Sequence record: SRR20825006_330
Direction: 5' to 3' (one strand)
Length of the DNA: 60,875 bases
A program made the position numbers and the translations under genes. The first letter of the stretch is position 1. Each line of letters begins with the position of its first letter. Below the pieces are notes generated by a model, which saw only the letters and a program-made list of their open reading frames with translations, did no database searches and had not been told where the DNA came from. Shown here piece after piece: positions 41,702 to 51,797 of the stretch.

Positions 41702-42490
41702 ATGCCTACTTCTATCCTTGATGATTTTAAACTCACCGGCCAACGTGCGCTGATCACTGGCGGCAGCCGCGGTCTGGGGCGCGAGATCGCTCTTGCTTAT
41801 GCTGACGCAGGTGCTGAGATCGTGTTGGTGGGGCGTGGCGAAGACAGTTTGAAAGAAACGGCCACCGAAATTGAAGCACGCGGTGCATCAGCCCAAATCA
41901 TCATCGCAGACGTCACTGTGCCCGATGAATGTAAACGCGCAGCGCGAGAAGCCCTCGCCCTGCCCGGCGGCATCGATATTCTGGTCAATAATGTGGGTGG
42001 GCGGAAACCAAACACCAAGATTGAAGAAACCAGCGATGATGAGTGGCGAGAAGGTTTCGCGTTGAATGTTGACCATTGCTTTTTGATGACACGTTTGATT
42101 GGCGAAGCCATGATCGAGCGTGGCAAAGGCGGCCGCATTATTAATATGGGGTCCATTTCCGGCATGATCATCAACCAAGGCGTTGCGGGCCGACATTATG
42201 AAGCGGGCAAAGCCGCGATCATACATTTCACCAAAGCCTTGGCAGTGGATTGGGCGCCACACAATATCAACGCAAACTGCATCAGCCCGGGCCTGTTTAT
42301 GACAGAGCCTAATCAAGCGTGGACAAAGAAAGCGCCGGAAGCGATTGAGAAGTTTGTTTCGTGCACACCGATGGGACGTGCGGGTAATCCGCGCGAAATT
42401 GCAGGCCTCGCGCTTTATCTCGCTTCGCCCGCCTCAAGCTATGTCACCGGATCAAACTTTGTCATCGATGGTGGATATACCGCTTGGTAG
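41702..42490 (+). CDS. SDR family oxidoreductase (resembles sugar/sugar-acid dehydrogenases)
   Basis: TGGSRGLG, LVNN, YEAGK (YxxxK) and DGGYTAW motifs. Confidence 0.92.
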   Translation: MPTSILDDFKLTGQRALITGGSRGLGREIALAYADAGAEIVLVGRGEDSLKETATEIEARGASAQIIIADVTVPDECKRAAREALALPGGIDILVNNVGGRKPNTKIEETSDDEWREGFALNVDHCFLMTRLIGEAMIERGKGGRIINMGSISGMIINQGVAGRHYEAGKAAIIHFTKALAVDWAPHNINANCISPGLFMTEPNQAWTKKAPEAIEKFVSCTPMGRAGNPREIAGLALYLASPASSYVTGSNFVIDGGYTAW

Positions 42491-42495
42491 TCTGA

Positions 42496-43539
42496 TTATT
42501 TGCGCAGTTCATCTGAGCTGCGCTCAATCAGATCGGGCACGAATAGTTTTTGCAGCTTTTCGGGTGCTTCGCCATTTAGCAGTTTCAGCATAAACTCGCC
42601 AAGCACCTGGCTGGGCTTTGAAATGGGCAAATAGCAAGTTGTGATTGGTGGTGAGAAATATTGCGACACGTTCAAATCGTCCGTCGCAATCACCACGGCA
42701 TCGCGCCCATGCTCATAACCGCGCACATGAAAACCTGACAAAACGCCCATAGCTGTCGCCTCATTGGCGCAGAAGTAAGCCGATGGTGGATCATCAAACA
42801 TTGACATTTCAAAAAACTGCTCACGCCCAAAGGCCGGCGTGAGTTCGCCATTGGCCACAAGGCTTGGATCAAACTTCAATCCAGCATCCTGCAATGTTTG
42901 CCGATAGGCATTTTCACGGTCCCGCGAATACATCAGCACCATATCAGCGTTGAGCATGGCAATCCGCTTGTGCCCCTTGGCAATCAAACGCTCAACGCAA
43001 ATGGAAACAATGCGTTGGTTGTGGGTATCCACATAGGCATGGGGCACTTCCGCTTCAGTGAGACCATAGGTCACGAAGGGAAAATCTTGCGCTTGCATAA
43101 ATTCCACGCGCTTATCTTTCACCCGCGTTCCCGGCAGAATGATGCCATCTGCTTTACGGTTGGCCACGATGCGCTTAATGATGTCAAAGCTCTCTTCGTA
43201 AGAACTGGCCTGGTATTGCACAACGCGATAAGGCGTGTCGTGCAACACATCTGAAACCCCATAAACAAGTTGGGCATAGCCCACCCCGCCCCATTCATCG
43301 TCATGGGGTGATGAGATCACGGTGATCATGGCTATTTGGTGGGTTTTACCTGTGCGCAGTTGCACGCCACTCAAATTCATCTCATAGCCAAGCTTTTTGG
43401 CGACATCCAAAATTTTATCACGCGTATCGGGCCGCACTTGCGGCGAGCCGTTCAAGGCTTTGGATACGGTGGCCGTCGAAAGGCCAGTTTCTTTGGCAAT
43501 GGTCTTAATTGTGGGGCGCGGTGACATAAGTGTGCTCAA
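42496..43539 (-). CDS. LacI-family transcriptional regulator
   Basis: PTIKTIAKETGLSTATVSKALN helix-turn-helix plus sugar-binding fold. Confidence 0.93.
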   Translation of the reverse strand: MSTLMSPRPTIKTIAKETGLSTATVSKALNGSPQVRPDTRDKILDVAKKLGYEMNLSGVQLRTGKTHQIAMITVISSPHDDEWGGVGYAQLVYGVSDVLHDTPYRVVQYQASSYEESFDIIKRIVANRKADGIILPGTRVKDKRVEFMQAQDFPFVTYGLTEAEVPHAYVDTHNQRIVSICVERLIAKGHKRIAMLNADMVLMYSRDRENAYRQTLQDAGLKFDPSLVANGELTPAFGREQFFEMSMFDDPPSAYFCANEATAMGVLSGFHVRGYEHGRDAVVIATDDLNVSQYFSPPITTCYLPISKPSQVLGEFMLKLLNGEAPEKLQKLFVPDLIERSSDELRK

Positions 43540-45239
43540 ATTTCTTCCCCAAAATCGTTAGCCAATAGTTGGGCAAAACGCAAATAAACCGCTGATGTCC
43601 AAGCAAAAGCTTTGTCACGCAGGCCAGCGCCGCTTAGCGCATCGAAGTTCTCAGCCATGCCAGAAGTCTCACACAAATGCTGGTATTTTTGCATAATTTC
43701 GCGGGCACGCTCACGCTCATTTTGCGCCAGCAAGCCCTCGACAATCAGCAAAGTTGTCGGTGCCCAAATCGGCCCCCGCCAATATCCATCTGCTTCATAA
43801 AATGTGCTGTTTGGCGATTCTGTTGCTGCCCCCCAAGCAGTCACCATGCCCAAATCATCAAATCGTTGGAGCAACTTGGCCGCAATCTCTTGAGGCAGCT
43901 TGTCGCCCAGCAGAAGTGGCATAAATTGAATAAGACTTTGATCGGGCAAGGGCTTTGCCTGATTATGGACTAAACGCACTTGGAAGGTGTTGCCATCCCA
44001 CAATTGCGAAAGCAGAAGCGAAATCAATTGATCCTCATGCTGCGCAAACTCTGCGACCTGCGAAATATAGCCTTCACGCTTAGCCAATTGTGCGATGGCG
44101 CGGGCGGTGAGCGCCAAAAATGTTGGCAGGTCTGGGCCGATAACTGGGCCACCTTCAGCAAAAAAGCTCGCATTGTCCCATCCGCTATCATTGCCATGGG
44201 CATAGCTGGGCAGTGAATGCTCATCTGCACGCGTATGTTTCATCCAATAATTGAACTGAAGTACCAATCTTTCCCGTAAATAAGCCAATTGCGCTTCAGT
44301 GAAAATGTCTGGATTGCGCTGCAGCATCAAACTGATCGCCCATCCATGTACAGGCGGCTTGGTGAAACTATAAGACGCGCCCTTATCGTGCACGAAGTCA
44401 GGCAATAAGCCGCTTTCATCCTGATGATCAAAGATGGCCGCAAACTGGTCAAAAGCAAGCTGCGGATCATTTTCCGTCACGCCAAGGGCCGAAAACGCGT
44501 TATCCCAACTCCATATGTTGATCATATGATTTTTGGACATGTAGATGGCGGGCGCTTTCAGATAGCCCTGCTTCGGCACACAATTAGCCCACAACAGATA
44601 ATTAGCCAGAAGCGCCGCTTCGCCCTTATCAGCTGTACGCCATGCCTCGAATGCAGAGGCTGATTGCGCTTGCGCGTCTTCGAAACTTGCCGTTGGTGCC
44701 TTGGACGCCAAACGTTCATGCAACATAACGCCAGCGTCAAGCATTGCACCAGCGAAACGCAGCTCTACGTTCTCCGCATGATCGCGCCGCCATTGGCCAC
44801 TCACATTGGTTTGCCCCTGATGCGCAAATGGCGTTAGACGAAGATTTTCTCCGGCGGCCACGACGCAGTCGGTGCCATGAGCTGTTTTGTATGCATAATC
44901 ATAGCGCGATCCTTCTAGGGCAAAGATCAACGCAACATTTTCCGCATTGAAATGCAAAGTCTCGCCTTCGCCGATGGCAAAAACGGCGGTGCCGACGTGT
45001 TCTGCGTCGCTGAACAAGCTGACCTTCAGTGCAGCAGGCTTAAGCTCATACTTCGGTGACAATTCATGACCCGCCTCATCTTCAAAGCGAACGCGGCATA
45101 GTTTGCCAAGGCTTGGCCGTTCGTCGCCGCCCGCCACATAACGCAGGTAAAGGGCGCGATCTGCGCCCTCACCCATCATCGACAATGTGGTGAAACGTTG
45201 GTGCTTTGAAAATGGCACCTTGTCGAAATCAAACAGCAT
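43536..45239 (-). CDS. GH63-like (MGH1/YgjK type) inverting glycoside hydrolase, cytoplasmic
   Basis: WSWDNAF, DSGWDN, YWRGPIW and AENFD motifs; no signal peptide. Confidence 0.82.
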   Translation of the reverse strand: MLFDFDKVPFSKHQRFTTLSMMGEGADRALYLRYVAGGDERPSLGKLCRVRFEDEAGHELSPKYELKPAALKVSLFSDAEHVGTAVFAIGEGETLHFNAENVALIFALEGSRYDYAYKTAHGTDCVVAAGENLRLTPFAHQGQTNVSGQWRRDHAENVELRFAGAMLDAGVMLHERLASKAPTASFEDAQAQSASAFEAWRTADKGEAALLANYLLWANCVPKQGYLKAPAIYMSKNHMINIWSWDNAFSALGVTENDPQLAFDQFAAIFDHQDESGLLPDFVHDKGASYSFTKPPVHGWAISLMLQRNPDIFTEAQLAYLRERLVLQFNYWMKHTRADEHSLPSYAHGNDSGWDNASFFAEGGPVIGPDLPTFLALTARAIAQLAKREGYISQVAEFAQHEDQLISLLLSQLWDGNTFQVRLVHNQAKPLPDQSLIQFMPLLLGDKLPQEIAAKLLQRFDDLGMVTAWGAATESPNSTFYEADGYWRGPIWAPTTLLIVEGLLAQNERERAREIMQKYQHLCETSGMAENFDALSGAGLRDKAFAWTSAVYLRFAQLLANDFGEEI

Positions 45240-45242
45240 TAC

Positions 45243-46055
45243 CTAACCTTTCACCGATGATCCGATGGCCCCATCCATAATGTAGCGCTGGGCAAAGAAG
45301 AACAGGATCAGCGGCGGGATACACAGCAGCACGGTGATCGCCGCAATAGATGTGATGTCTGTTTCGTGCAGCCCTTTGAACATGGAAAGGCCAAGCGTAA
45401 GCGTATATTTCGACTGGTCATTGAGGAAGATTAGCGGCCCTAGATAGTCGTTCCACGCGTTCATAAAGTGGAACGTGCCCACCAGCACCAACGCAGGCAT
45501 CATCAAAGGCAAATGAATACGCCAGTAAATCTGCCAGCTATTCGCCCCATCCATCCGCGCTGCCTCATCAATCTCGATCGGCACAGTCATAATATATTGC
45601 CGCAACAAGAAGACAAAGAACGCTTCGGCAAAATAGGCAGGCACAATCAAGGGCTTGAGCGTATTGATCCAGCCCAGCATGTTAAATTCCATATAGAGCG
45701 GGATCATTTTCACGTCCCATGGGATCATCATGGTGGCCAGCAGAATGATGAAGATCACGTCACGCCCCTTAAACTGGAACCGGGCAAAGCCATAGGCCAC
45801 CAGCGAGGATGAAAAGAGCTGCCCGATGGTGGACATCACCACCACGATGGCAGAGTTTTTGAAATACACATCAAAGGGCTGCTTGAACCATGCGGTGATG
45901 AAGTTTTCCCACTGCACGTCCGATGGCCAGAACACAGGCGGATATTGATATAGCTCAGAAACGCTTTTCACGGCGGTGATAAAGGTCCAATAGAAAGGCA
46001 GAATGAACAGCGCAGAAAGAAAAATTAGCGCACCATATGTGAAGGTTCTAAGCAT
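45243..46055 (-). CDS. Carbohydrate ABC transporter permease (MalG-like)
   Basis: EAARMDGA loop and WNDYLGPL motif. Confidence 0.93.
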   Translation of the reverse strand: MLRTFTYGALIFLSALFILPFYWTFITAVKSVSELYQYPPVFWPSDVQWENFITAWFKQPFDVYFKNSAIVVVMSTIGQLFSSSLVAYGFARFQFKGRDVIFIILLATMMIPWDVKMIPLYMEFNMLGWINTLKPLIVPAYFAEAFFVFLLRQYIMTVPIEIDEAARMDGANSWQIYWRIHLPLMMPALVLVGTFHFMNAWNDYLGPLIFLNDQSKYTLTLGLSMFKGLHETDITSIAAITVLLCIPPLILFFFAQRYIMDGAIGSSVKG

Positions 46056-46992
46056 CTTTATTGCCTCCCTTTTTCATCTCGCCTTCGTAATAAACCCAGG
46101 CGGACGAGGATTTCATCACCATCATGGAGAGCGCCAGAATAATCAGGAACATCACCCAGCTATTTGCGGCTGCATAGCCCATTTCGAAATGCTTGAAGGC
46201 ATTGTCGTAAATATACATCGCGAAGAAATAGGTGCTTTCGAGTGGCCCGCCGCCTGTCAGCAACAAGGCGATGGTCAATTGCTGGAATGCCGCAATGATT
46301 GACGTGATGAAGGTAAAAAGCAGCATCGGTGAGAGCATAGGAATGGTGATAAAGATCAACCGCGCCCAGCCAGGCACACCGGAGATTTTCGCCGCCTCGT
46401 AAAGTTCTTTTGGAATGGATTGCAGACCGGTCAGCAATATCAGCATGGTGCCGCCAAGGCCCCAAAGCGACGCGATTACGATGGCCAGCAGTGCCCAGCT
46501 CGGATCGCCGAGCCAGTTCGGCCCATCAATGCCTGCCAATCCCAAAAGGAAATTCAAAATTCCATATTCATGGCTGTAGATCCACGCCCAGATGGTCACC
46601 AGCGCCACGCCCGAAATCACACTCGGAAGGTAAAAGATGGTGCGGAAAATGCCGCTGCCTATTACCTTTTGGTTGAGCAAGACTGCCAGCAGCAGGCCAA
46701 GAATAATATTGAACGGCACAAAGAACAGCCCGAATTTGATGGTGACCCACAAGCTGTCCCAGAAAAGCGGGTCTTGGGTCAGCATCACTTCATAATTCTG
46801 GGTGCCGATAAATTCGCGCTCCCCCACCACTGGCCAATCGTAAAAGCTCATCACAAAGGAGAACACTAACGGGCCAAGGGTGAAGAAGAAAAAACCCAAT
46901 ATCCAAGGGGAGATGAACAAATATGGCGTGAGTTTCTCAACAAACTTTTGTCGTTGATACTGCCGATCTTGAACTCCAGACATAATATCCAT
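46048..46992 (-). CDS. Carbohydrate ABC transporter permease (MalF-like)
   Basis: FRTIFYLPSV, LYEAAKISG and GYAAA motifs. Confidence 0.93.
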   Translation of the reverse strand: MDIMSGVQDRQYQRQKFVEKLTPYLFISPWILGFFFFTLGPLVFSFVMSFYDWPVVGEREFIGTQNYEVMLTQDPLFWDSLWVTIKFGLFFVPFNIILGLLLAVLLNQKVIGSGIFRTIFYLPSVISGVALVTIWAWIYSHEYGILNFLLGLAGIDGPNWLGDPSWALLAIVIASLWGLGGTMLILLTGLQSIPKELYEAAKISGVPGWARLIFITIPMLSPMLLFTFITSIIAAFQQLTIALLLTGGGPLESTYFFAMYIYDNAFKHFEMGYAAANSWVMFLIILALSMMVMKSSSAWVYYEGEMKKGGNKDA

Positions 46993-47007
46993 CCCCCCTC
47001 TTGTGGG

Positions 47008-48237
47008 TTAGTTTAGGTGGCGCTGCGAACGAGCAACAGCGTCATCAAGATGTTTCTTTGCATTGCCTTTTTCGATCATTGTGGCTTCAATCGCGCGCTC
47101 TAGGTTCGCTTGGATCTTGCCCCAGTTTTCGTGTTTCAGGAATGCGTTTGACTCGCTGTCAGAAACCGCCAACATGTCAAAGAAAGGCTTGAAGATTGGA
47201 TCAGTGGTCATTTCCATTTCTTCAGCAACGCTGGTGCGGATGGGCAAATCATTTGTGCGCAATTTCACCGCTTCAGCTGATGAGAAGAACTTAATGAACT
47301 CCCATGCCAAATCTGGGTTCTTTGTGTCTTTGGCCATAGACATGGCTGACGCACCGATGGACGAATGCACAGGCTTGTCGCCAAAGGATGGCAGCTTTGC
47401 CACGCCATAATTGATGCCAGCTTCGTCGAAGCCGCCTTTTGACCACATAGCCGATTGATACATGGCCAGCTTTTCACCCTTAAACAGCGCAGAACCTGAG
47501 CTATTGTCGCCAATGCCTAGCACAACTGCCTCTTCATTCGCAGCCATATCCGCAAACATGGTCAGCACTTCCACAGCTTCCGGGCTGTTCATATAGCCAT
47601 CAACTGCAGAGCCATCTTTTGCGATAAAGCGCGTGCCGTTTGACCAGAAGAATTGCTCATAATCAAATGGGTCGGGCTTGGCTTCAACCGCAAAGCCATA
47701 GACTTTGCTTTCTTCATCGCGGAATTTCGCTGCTTTTTCGCGCAGCTCAGCCCATGTCCAATCTTCGCTTGGCATTTCAACGCCTGCTGCCTCGAACATG
47801 TCCTTATTGTAGAACACCACATGGGTGGTGAAGCCCGCTGGCATGCCGTAGGCTTTGCCGTCGATCCGTGTCGTGTTGATCAGGCCCGGCGGGATGTCAT
47901 CCAAATTCATGGCTTCAGCGTCGCGCGCCATAAAATCATCAAGCGGCATCAATGATGTGTAATATTTTGGGTAATTCCACATATACATCACATCTGGCGG
48001 GTTGCCGGCACCGAATGAAGCAATCAGCTTCTGGTCATAGCCATCTGCATATGGCTCAACTTGTACTTTCACACCGGGATTGGCCGCTTCAAAGCGACGT
48101 GCAATTTCTTTTTGAATCTCAAGGCTTTCATCGCTATCCCACGTGGCAAAGCGAATGGTTTCCTCCCCAAGAGCCGTGCCTGACAGCGCCGCGACTGACA
48201 AAACAGACGCCAAGGCCAGTTTCTTCAAATGCTTCAT
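47008..48237 (-). CDS. Sugar ABC transporter substrate-binding protein
   Basis: Signal peptide and family 1 SBP motifs PPDV, FYNKDMF and WTW. Confidence 0.92.
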   Translation of the reverse strand: MKHLKKLALASVLSVAALSGTALGEETIRFATWDSDESLEIQKEIARRFEAANPGVKVQVEPYADGYDQKLIASFGAGNPPDVMYMWNYPKYYTSLMPLDDFMARDAEAMNLDDIPPGLINTTRIDGKAYGMPAGFTTHVVFYNKDMFEAAGVEMPSEDWTWAELREKAAKFRDEESKVYGFAVEAKPDPFDYEQFFWSNGTRFIAKDGSAVDGYMNSPEAVEVLTMFADMAANEEAVVLGIGDNSSGSALFKGEKLAMYQSAMWSKGGFDEAGINYGVAKLPSFGDKPVHSSIGASAMSMAKDTKNPDLAWEFIKFFSSAEAVKLRTNDLPIRTSVAEEMEMTTDPIFKPFFDMLAVSDSESNAFLKHENWGKIQANLERAIEATMIEKGNAKKHLDDAVARSQRHLN

Positions 48238-49400
48238 TTTTCCTCTCCTCTTTGCGCCGCACCATGCAGCGACTTTTGTCGATCAATCAGTGATCGGGTT
48301 TCCGCATCCAGTTCACGCGGATATGCCTGCCCCTCCCCATTGAAAATGTGGCAATGTTGAGCAGGAAATTTCAGGTAAACGCGGTCGCCCGTCGCCGCCG
48401 GATGGGTGCCGCGGGCAATCGCTACAAATGTCTGGCCATTTTCGAGTTTGATATGCACTTGGCTTTCAGTGCCTAAGCGCTCCACCAGCAGCACTTGGCC
48501 ACTCATATGCGCTTCGTCTTGCGCGACCAGTTCGATGTTATCCGGACGAATGCCCAAGGTGTGTGGGCCAGCAACATCTTTCGCAGCGGCTTCGAGTGCC
48601 ACTTTGATTTCACCGTTCAATTCCTCGGCGCTAACGGTAAGTTCTTTTTCTCCAGAGATTTTGGCCGACACGTCCAAAAAGTTCATTTTGGGCGAGCCGA
48701 TAAAGCTGGCTACAAATAGATTTCGTGGCGCATAAAATAGCTCAAGCGGCGTGCCAAATTGGGCAACTTTACCTTGGTCTAACACCACCACGCGATCAGA
48801 CAAGGTCATCGCCTCCACTTGGTCGTGGGTCACGTAAATCATGGTGACGCCAAGACGTTTGTGCAGATTTGCAAGTTCCACCCGCATGGTCACTCGCAAG
48901 CCAGCATCAAGGTTCGACAATGGCTCATCCAGCAGGAACAATTTTGGGTCGCGCACAATCGCCCGGCCAATCGCCACACGTTGACGCTGCCCGCCTGACA
49001 ATTGCTTGGGCCGCCGCTTCAGAAGTTCGGTAATTTGCAGGATGCGGGCTGCATTTTGTACCCGCTCGCCAATTTCTGCCTTTGGCACACCATTCAACGA
49101 CAGACCGAATGACAGATTTTTATAAACATTCATATGCGGATAGAGCGCATAGTTTTGGAACACCATGGCAATATCGCGCTTAGCAGGCGGCAATTTACTG
49201 ATGGGCTGACCACCCAACACAACCTGCCCGCCATCGATCTCTTCAAGACCTGCAATGGACCGCAAAAGCGTAGTTTTGCCGCAACCTGAAGGCCCAAGGA
49301 AACTGACAAACTCGCCATCGCGAATATCGAGATCAATCCCCTTCAGGACCCGAAGGCTACCAAATTTCTTTTCCAGCCCATCGATTTTTACGCCTGCCAT
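48234..49400 (-). CDS. Sugar ABC transporter ATP-binding protein (MalK/UgpC-like)
   Basis: GPSGCGKT, VFQNYALYPH, LSGGQRQR, DEPLSNLD and TOBE domain. Confidence 0.95.
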   Translation of the reverse strand: MAGVKIDGLEKKFGSLRVLKGIDLDIRDGEFVSFLGPSGCGKTTLLRSIAGLEEIDGGQVVLGGQPISKLPPAKRDIAMVFQNYALYPHMNVYKNLSFGLSLNGVPKAEIGERVQNAARILQITELLKRRPKQLSGGQRQRVAIGRAIVRDPKLFLLDEPLSNLDAGLRVTMRVELANLHKRLGVTMIYVTHDQVEAMTLSDRVVVLDQGKVAQFGTPLELFYAPRNLFVASFIGSPKMNFLDVSAKISGEKELTVSAEELNGEIKVALEAAAKDVAGPHTLGIRPDNIELVAQDEAHMSGQVLLVERLGTESQVHIKLENGQTFVAIARGTHPAATGDRVYLKFPAQHCHIFNGEGQAYPRELDAETRSLIDRQKSLHGAAQRGEEK

Positions 49401-49428
49401 GCTTCGTCCCTCTCCCTGGCATTTGTCA

Positions 49429-49458
49429 AAAATATAAACGTTTAACTTAAGTTGTAAA
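49429..49458 (-). promoter_or_regulatory. Promoter of the sugar ABC operon overlapped by a LacI-type operator
   Basis: Minus strand TTTACA-16 bp-TATATT; AAAATATAAACGTTTA at 49429-49444 is identical to 51598-51613. Confidence 0.7.
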
Positions 49459-49555
49459 GTGTTAATTCAATTAATTTAGAAATGCGTTTTAAAATGAATT
49501 TTTATTATTGTTTTTCAGTATTTTACCAATCTGACTTTTCAGATTGATTCATCCT

Positions 49556-51514
49556 CTACTCACGCCAAATCACAACGTCGCGCGGTGCAATTTTCGCCCT
49601 TCCGAGCAATATCTCCGCCCCTTCTGGCGTCTGCACTTCAGCAGCATGTTCGCCAAAGTTAAAAGCAAAATTCAAAGGACCTCTTTTTGTCACCCGCACA
49701 TCGCGGTCTAATGAACACATTGGGACACCTGCCCAACTTAACAATCTATCGACCAAATGCTCCAATGCCGCACCCGAAAAATTGGCTGCGCCGTACCAGC
49801 ATTTCTCATTGCCCACCAATGCCGATGATTGATCTCGGTGGTTTGATTCAAATCGTGCCAGAACGGGCTCGTCACTTTCGATACATTCGCGCCAATTGCC
49901 GACAGCGTAGCGCTGCCCATCCATCACAATAAGGTCTTGATTATATTCAGGCAAAGATTCAACGCGCTTGACTTTCACATTGATAAGTTGGGCAAATTCG
50001 CCTGGCGGCAGATTGTCTGGAATGTGCATATTCTGCGTTTTGCTGCCCGTGCGTGCGCCAAGATAAATTTTGGCATTGCTCGCTTTTAGCTTTTGCACCA
50101 ACTCAGCATTTTCCAAAATTATGTCGGGCAAGATCACCAGATCATATGCACTCAAATCATTATGCGGCCCAACGATATCAACATCCACGCCCTTAGCTGA
50201 AAGCGCCTGATACCAGTTCATCATGTTGCGGGCACTCGAATAATCCTTGCCTTGCGGCAAGCTCAGCGCCGCCCAGCGTGACGCATAGTCTAGCATCAGC
50301 GCCACTTTCGCTGCCTTCCGGTCCGAAATCTCTTGCGGCAACTGAGAAATTTCTTTGGCCACTTGCGCCACCTCGAAATAAGCCTGATCTGGCTCATCAT
50401 TTGGCAGCAATAGGCCCGCATGGAATTGCTCTTGCGCGAATTTCGACTGACGCCACCTGAAATAGACCACAACATCAATCCCATGGGCGAATGCCAACCA
50501 CGTCCACAGCCGCACCATGCCATCATGGGGCGATTGATTATGGGCCGCCCAATTCACTGGCCCGGGCTGCTGCTCCATAATCCACGCACGCCCCTGCCCG
50601 GTTTGACGATAAAGATCATTGTTAAAGGCTGGCTGGTCGATGATCCCGGTGCGAAGCAGGCGCGCTTTCTCGGCATCATCCATTTTACCATGAATAAGCG
50701 CGCCCATTGGATAGCTGTCCCATGACGCAAAATCCAAGTCCTGCCCCAACTCATAATGATCAAAGTCAGTATTGTGGCCCATAAAGTTATGAGTAACGGG
50801 CCGATCAGGCGCATGTTTGCGGACAATATCGACTTGCGCGCGGTTAAACTTAATCACTTCGTCTGAGGCAAATCGCTGATAATCGAGCAGATGCGTGGGG
50901 CTCGGCTCTTCGACCAAGCTGTTTGGCAATTCAATTTGATCAAAACGATTATATTTCATGCTCCAAAAAACAGTGCCCCAGGCCTGATTCAACGCCTCAA
51001 TGTCGTGATAGCGGCTGGCCAACCAACTTTGAAATGCCTTTTTCGCGCTTTCTGAATAGCTGTGAATGGTGTCGTGGTCACCATATTCATTGTCAATTTG
51101 CCATGCATTTACAAAGGGATTGGCGCCATAACGCTTGGCATATTCTCCAGCGATGCGGACCGCATGTTCGCGATAAATATCGCTTGAGAAGCAATAATGC
51201 CTGCGCGCACCGAATTTGCGCACATGCCCTTCGGCGTCCACAGGCAAAATTTCGGGATGTTTGTCGATCAACCATTTTGGCGGTGCAGCCGATGGTGTAC
51301 ACATCACCACCTTCAGGCCGGCTTTGCCAAGAATATCAACGGCGCGGTCCAGCCACGTCCAGTTGAATTTGCCCTCTTCCTCTTCGATAAGAGACCAGGC
51401 AAACTCACCTACACGCACCCAAGTCAGGCCAAGTTCAACCATGCGCTGGGCATCGCGTTCCCACATATGTTCCGGCCATTGTTCCGGATAATAACACACG
51501 CCCAACTCAAGCAT
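49556..51514 (-). CDS. Beta-galactosidase, GH42
   Basis: LGVCYYPEQW, GEFAW, WQIDNEY (acid/base), IMEQQPGPVNW (nucleophile), YFRWR and EQFHAG motifs. Confidence 0.94.
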   Translation of the reverse strand: MLELGVCYYPEQWPEHMWERDAQRMVELGLTWVRVGEFAWSLIEEEEGKFNWTWLDRAVDILGKAGLKVVMCTPSAAPPKWLIDKHPEILPVDAEGHVRKFGARRHYCFSSDIYREHAVRIAGEYAKRYGANPFVNAWQIDNEYGDHDTIHSYSESAKKAFQSWLASRYHDIEALNQAWGTVFWSMKYNRFDQIELPNSLVEEPSPTHLLDYQRFASDEVIKFNRAQVDIVRKHAPDRPVTHNFMGHNTDFDHYELGQDLDFASWDSYPMGALIHGKMDDAEKARLLRTGIIDQPAFNNDLYRQTGQGRAWIMEQQPGPVNWAAHNQSPHDGMVRLWTWLAFAHGIDVVVYFRWRQSKFAQEQFHAGLLLPNDEPDQAYFEVAQVAKEISQLPQEISDRKAAKVALMLDYASRWAALSLPQGKDYSSARNMMNWYQALSAKGVDVDIVGPHNDLSAYDLVILPDIILENAELVQKLKASNAKIYLGARTGSKTQNMHIPDNLPPGEFAQLINVKVKRVESLPEYNQDLIVMDGQRYAVGNWRECIESDEPVLARFESNHRDQSSALVGNEKCWYGAANFSGAALEHLVDRLLSWAGVPMCSLDRDVRVTKRGPLNFAFNFGEHAAEVQTPEGAEILLGRAKIAPRDVVIWRE

Positions 51515-51595
51515 AAACTCTCCTCACCACCCGCCAGCTGCACGATTCATGCGTCAGCCGGAATCAAACTCTTCATTCGTTATGGCATATATTTT

Positions 51596-51621
51596 TCAAA
51601 ATATAAACGTTTATATTTTGA
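51596..51621. promoter_or_regulatory. Perfect 26-bp palindromic operator, LacI type
   Basis: TCAAAATATAAAC|GTTTATATTTTGA with central AAACGTTT, 81 bp upstream of the GH42 start. Confidence 0.75.
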
Positions 51622-51780
51622 TTATCATTTTTCAAAATCACAAGCACTTATTCGGCGCCGCAGCAGTTGCGTGCCCTATACTGCGAGTAGAAGATTTGAC
51701 AGAATTTATGAGAAAATGATTCTGATTTACAGCATAACCTACTGATATATAATTAGTATTTCTCATTGAAGGCACCAAAG

Positions 51781-51797
51781 ATTAGACAGGTTCTAAA
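51781..51797. promoter_or_regulatory. Irr box (ICE)-like element
   Basis: ATTAGAC-AGG-TTCTAAA versus TTTAGAA-N3-TTCTAAA (2 mismatches); upstream of iron-uptake genes. Confidence 0.5.

Noticed and set aside
49475-49493. Irr box-like TTTAGAA...TTTTAAA upstream of the sugar ABC operon
   Set aside because: The half-site spacing is 5 bp instead of 3, and the region is AT-rich.
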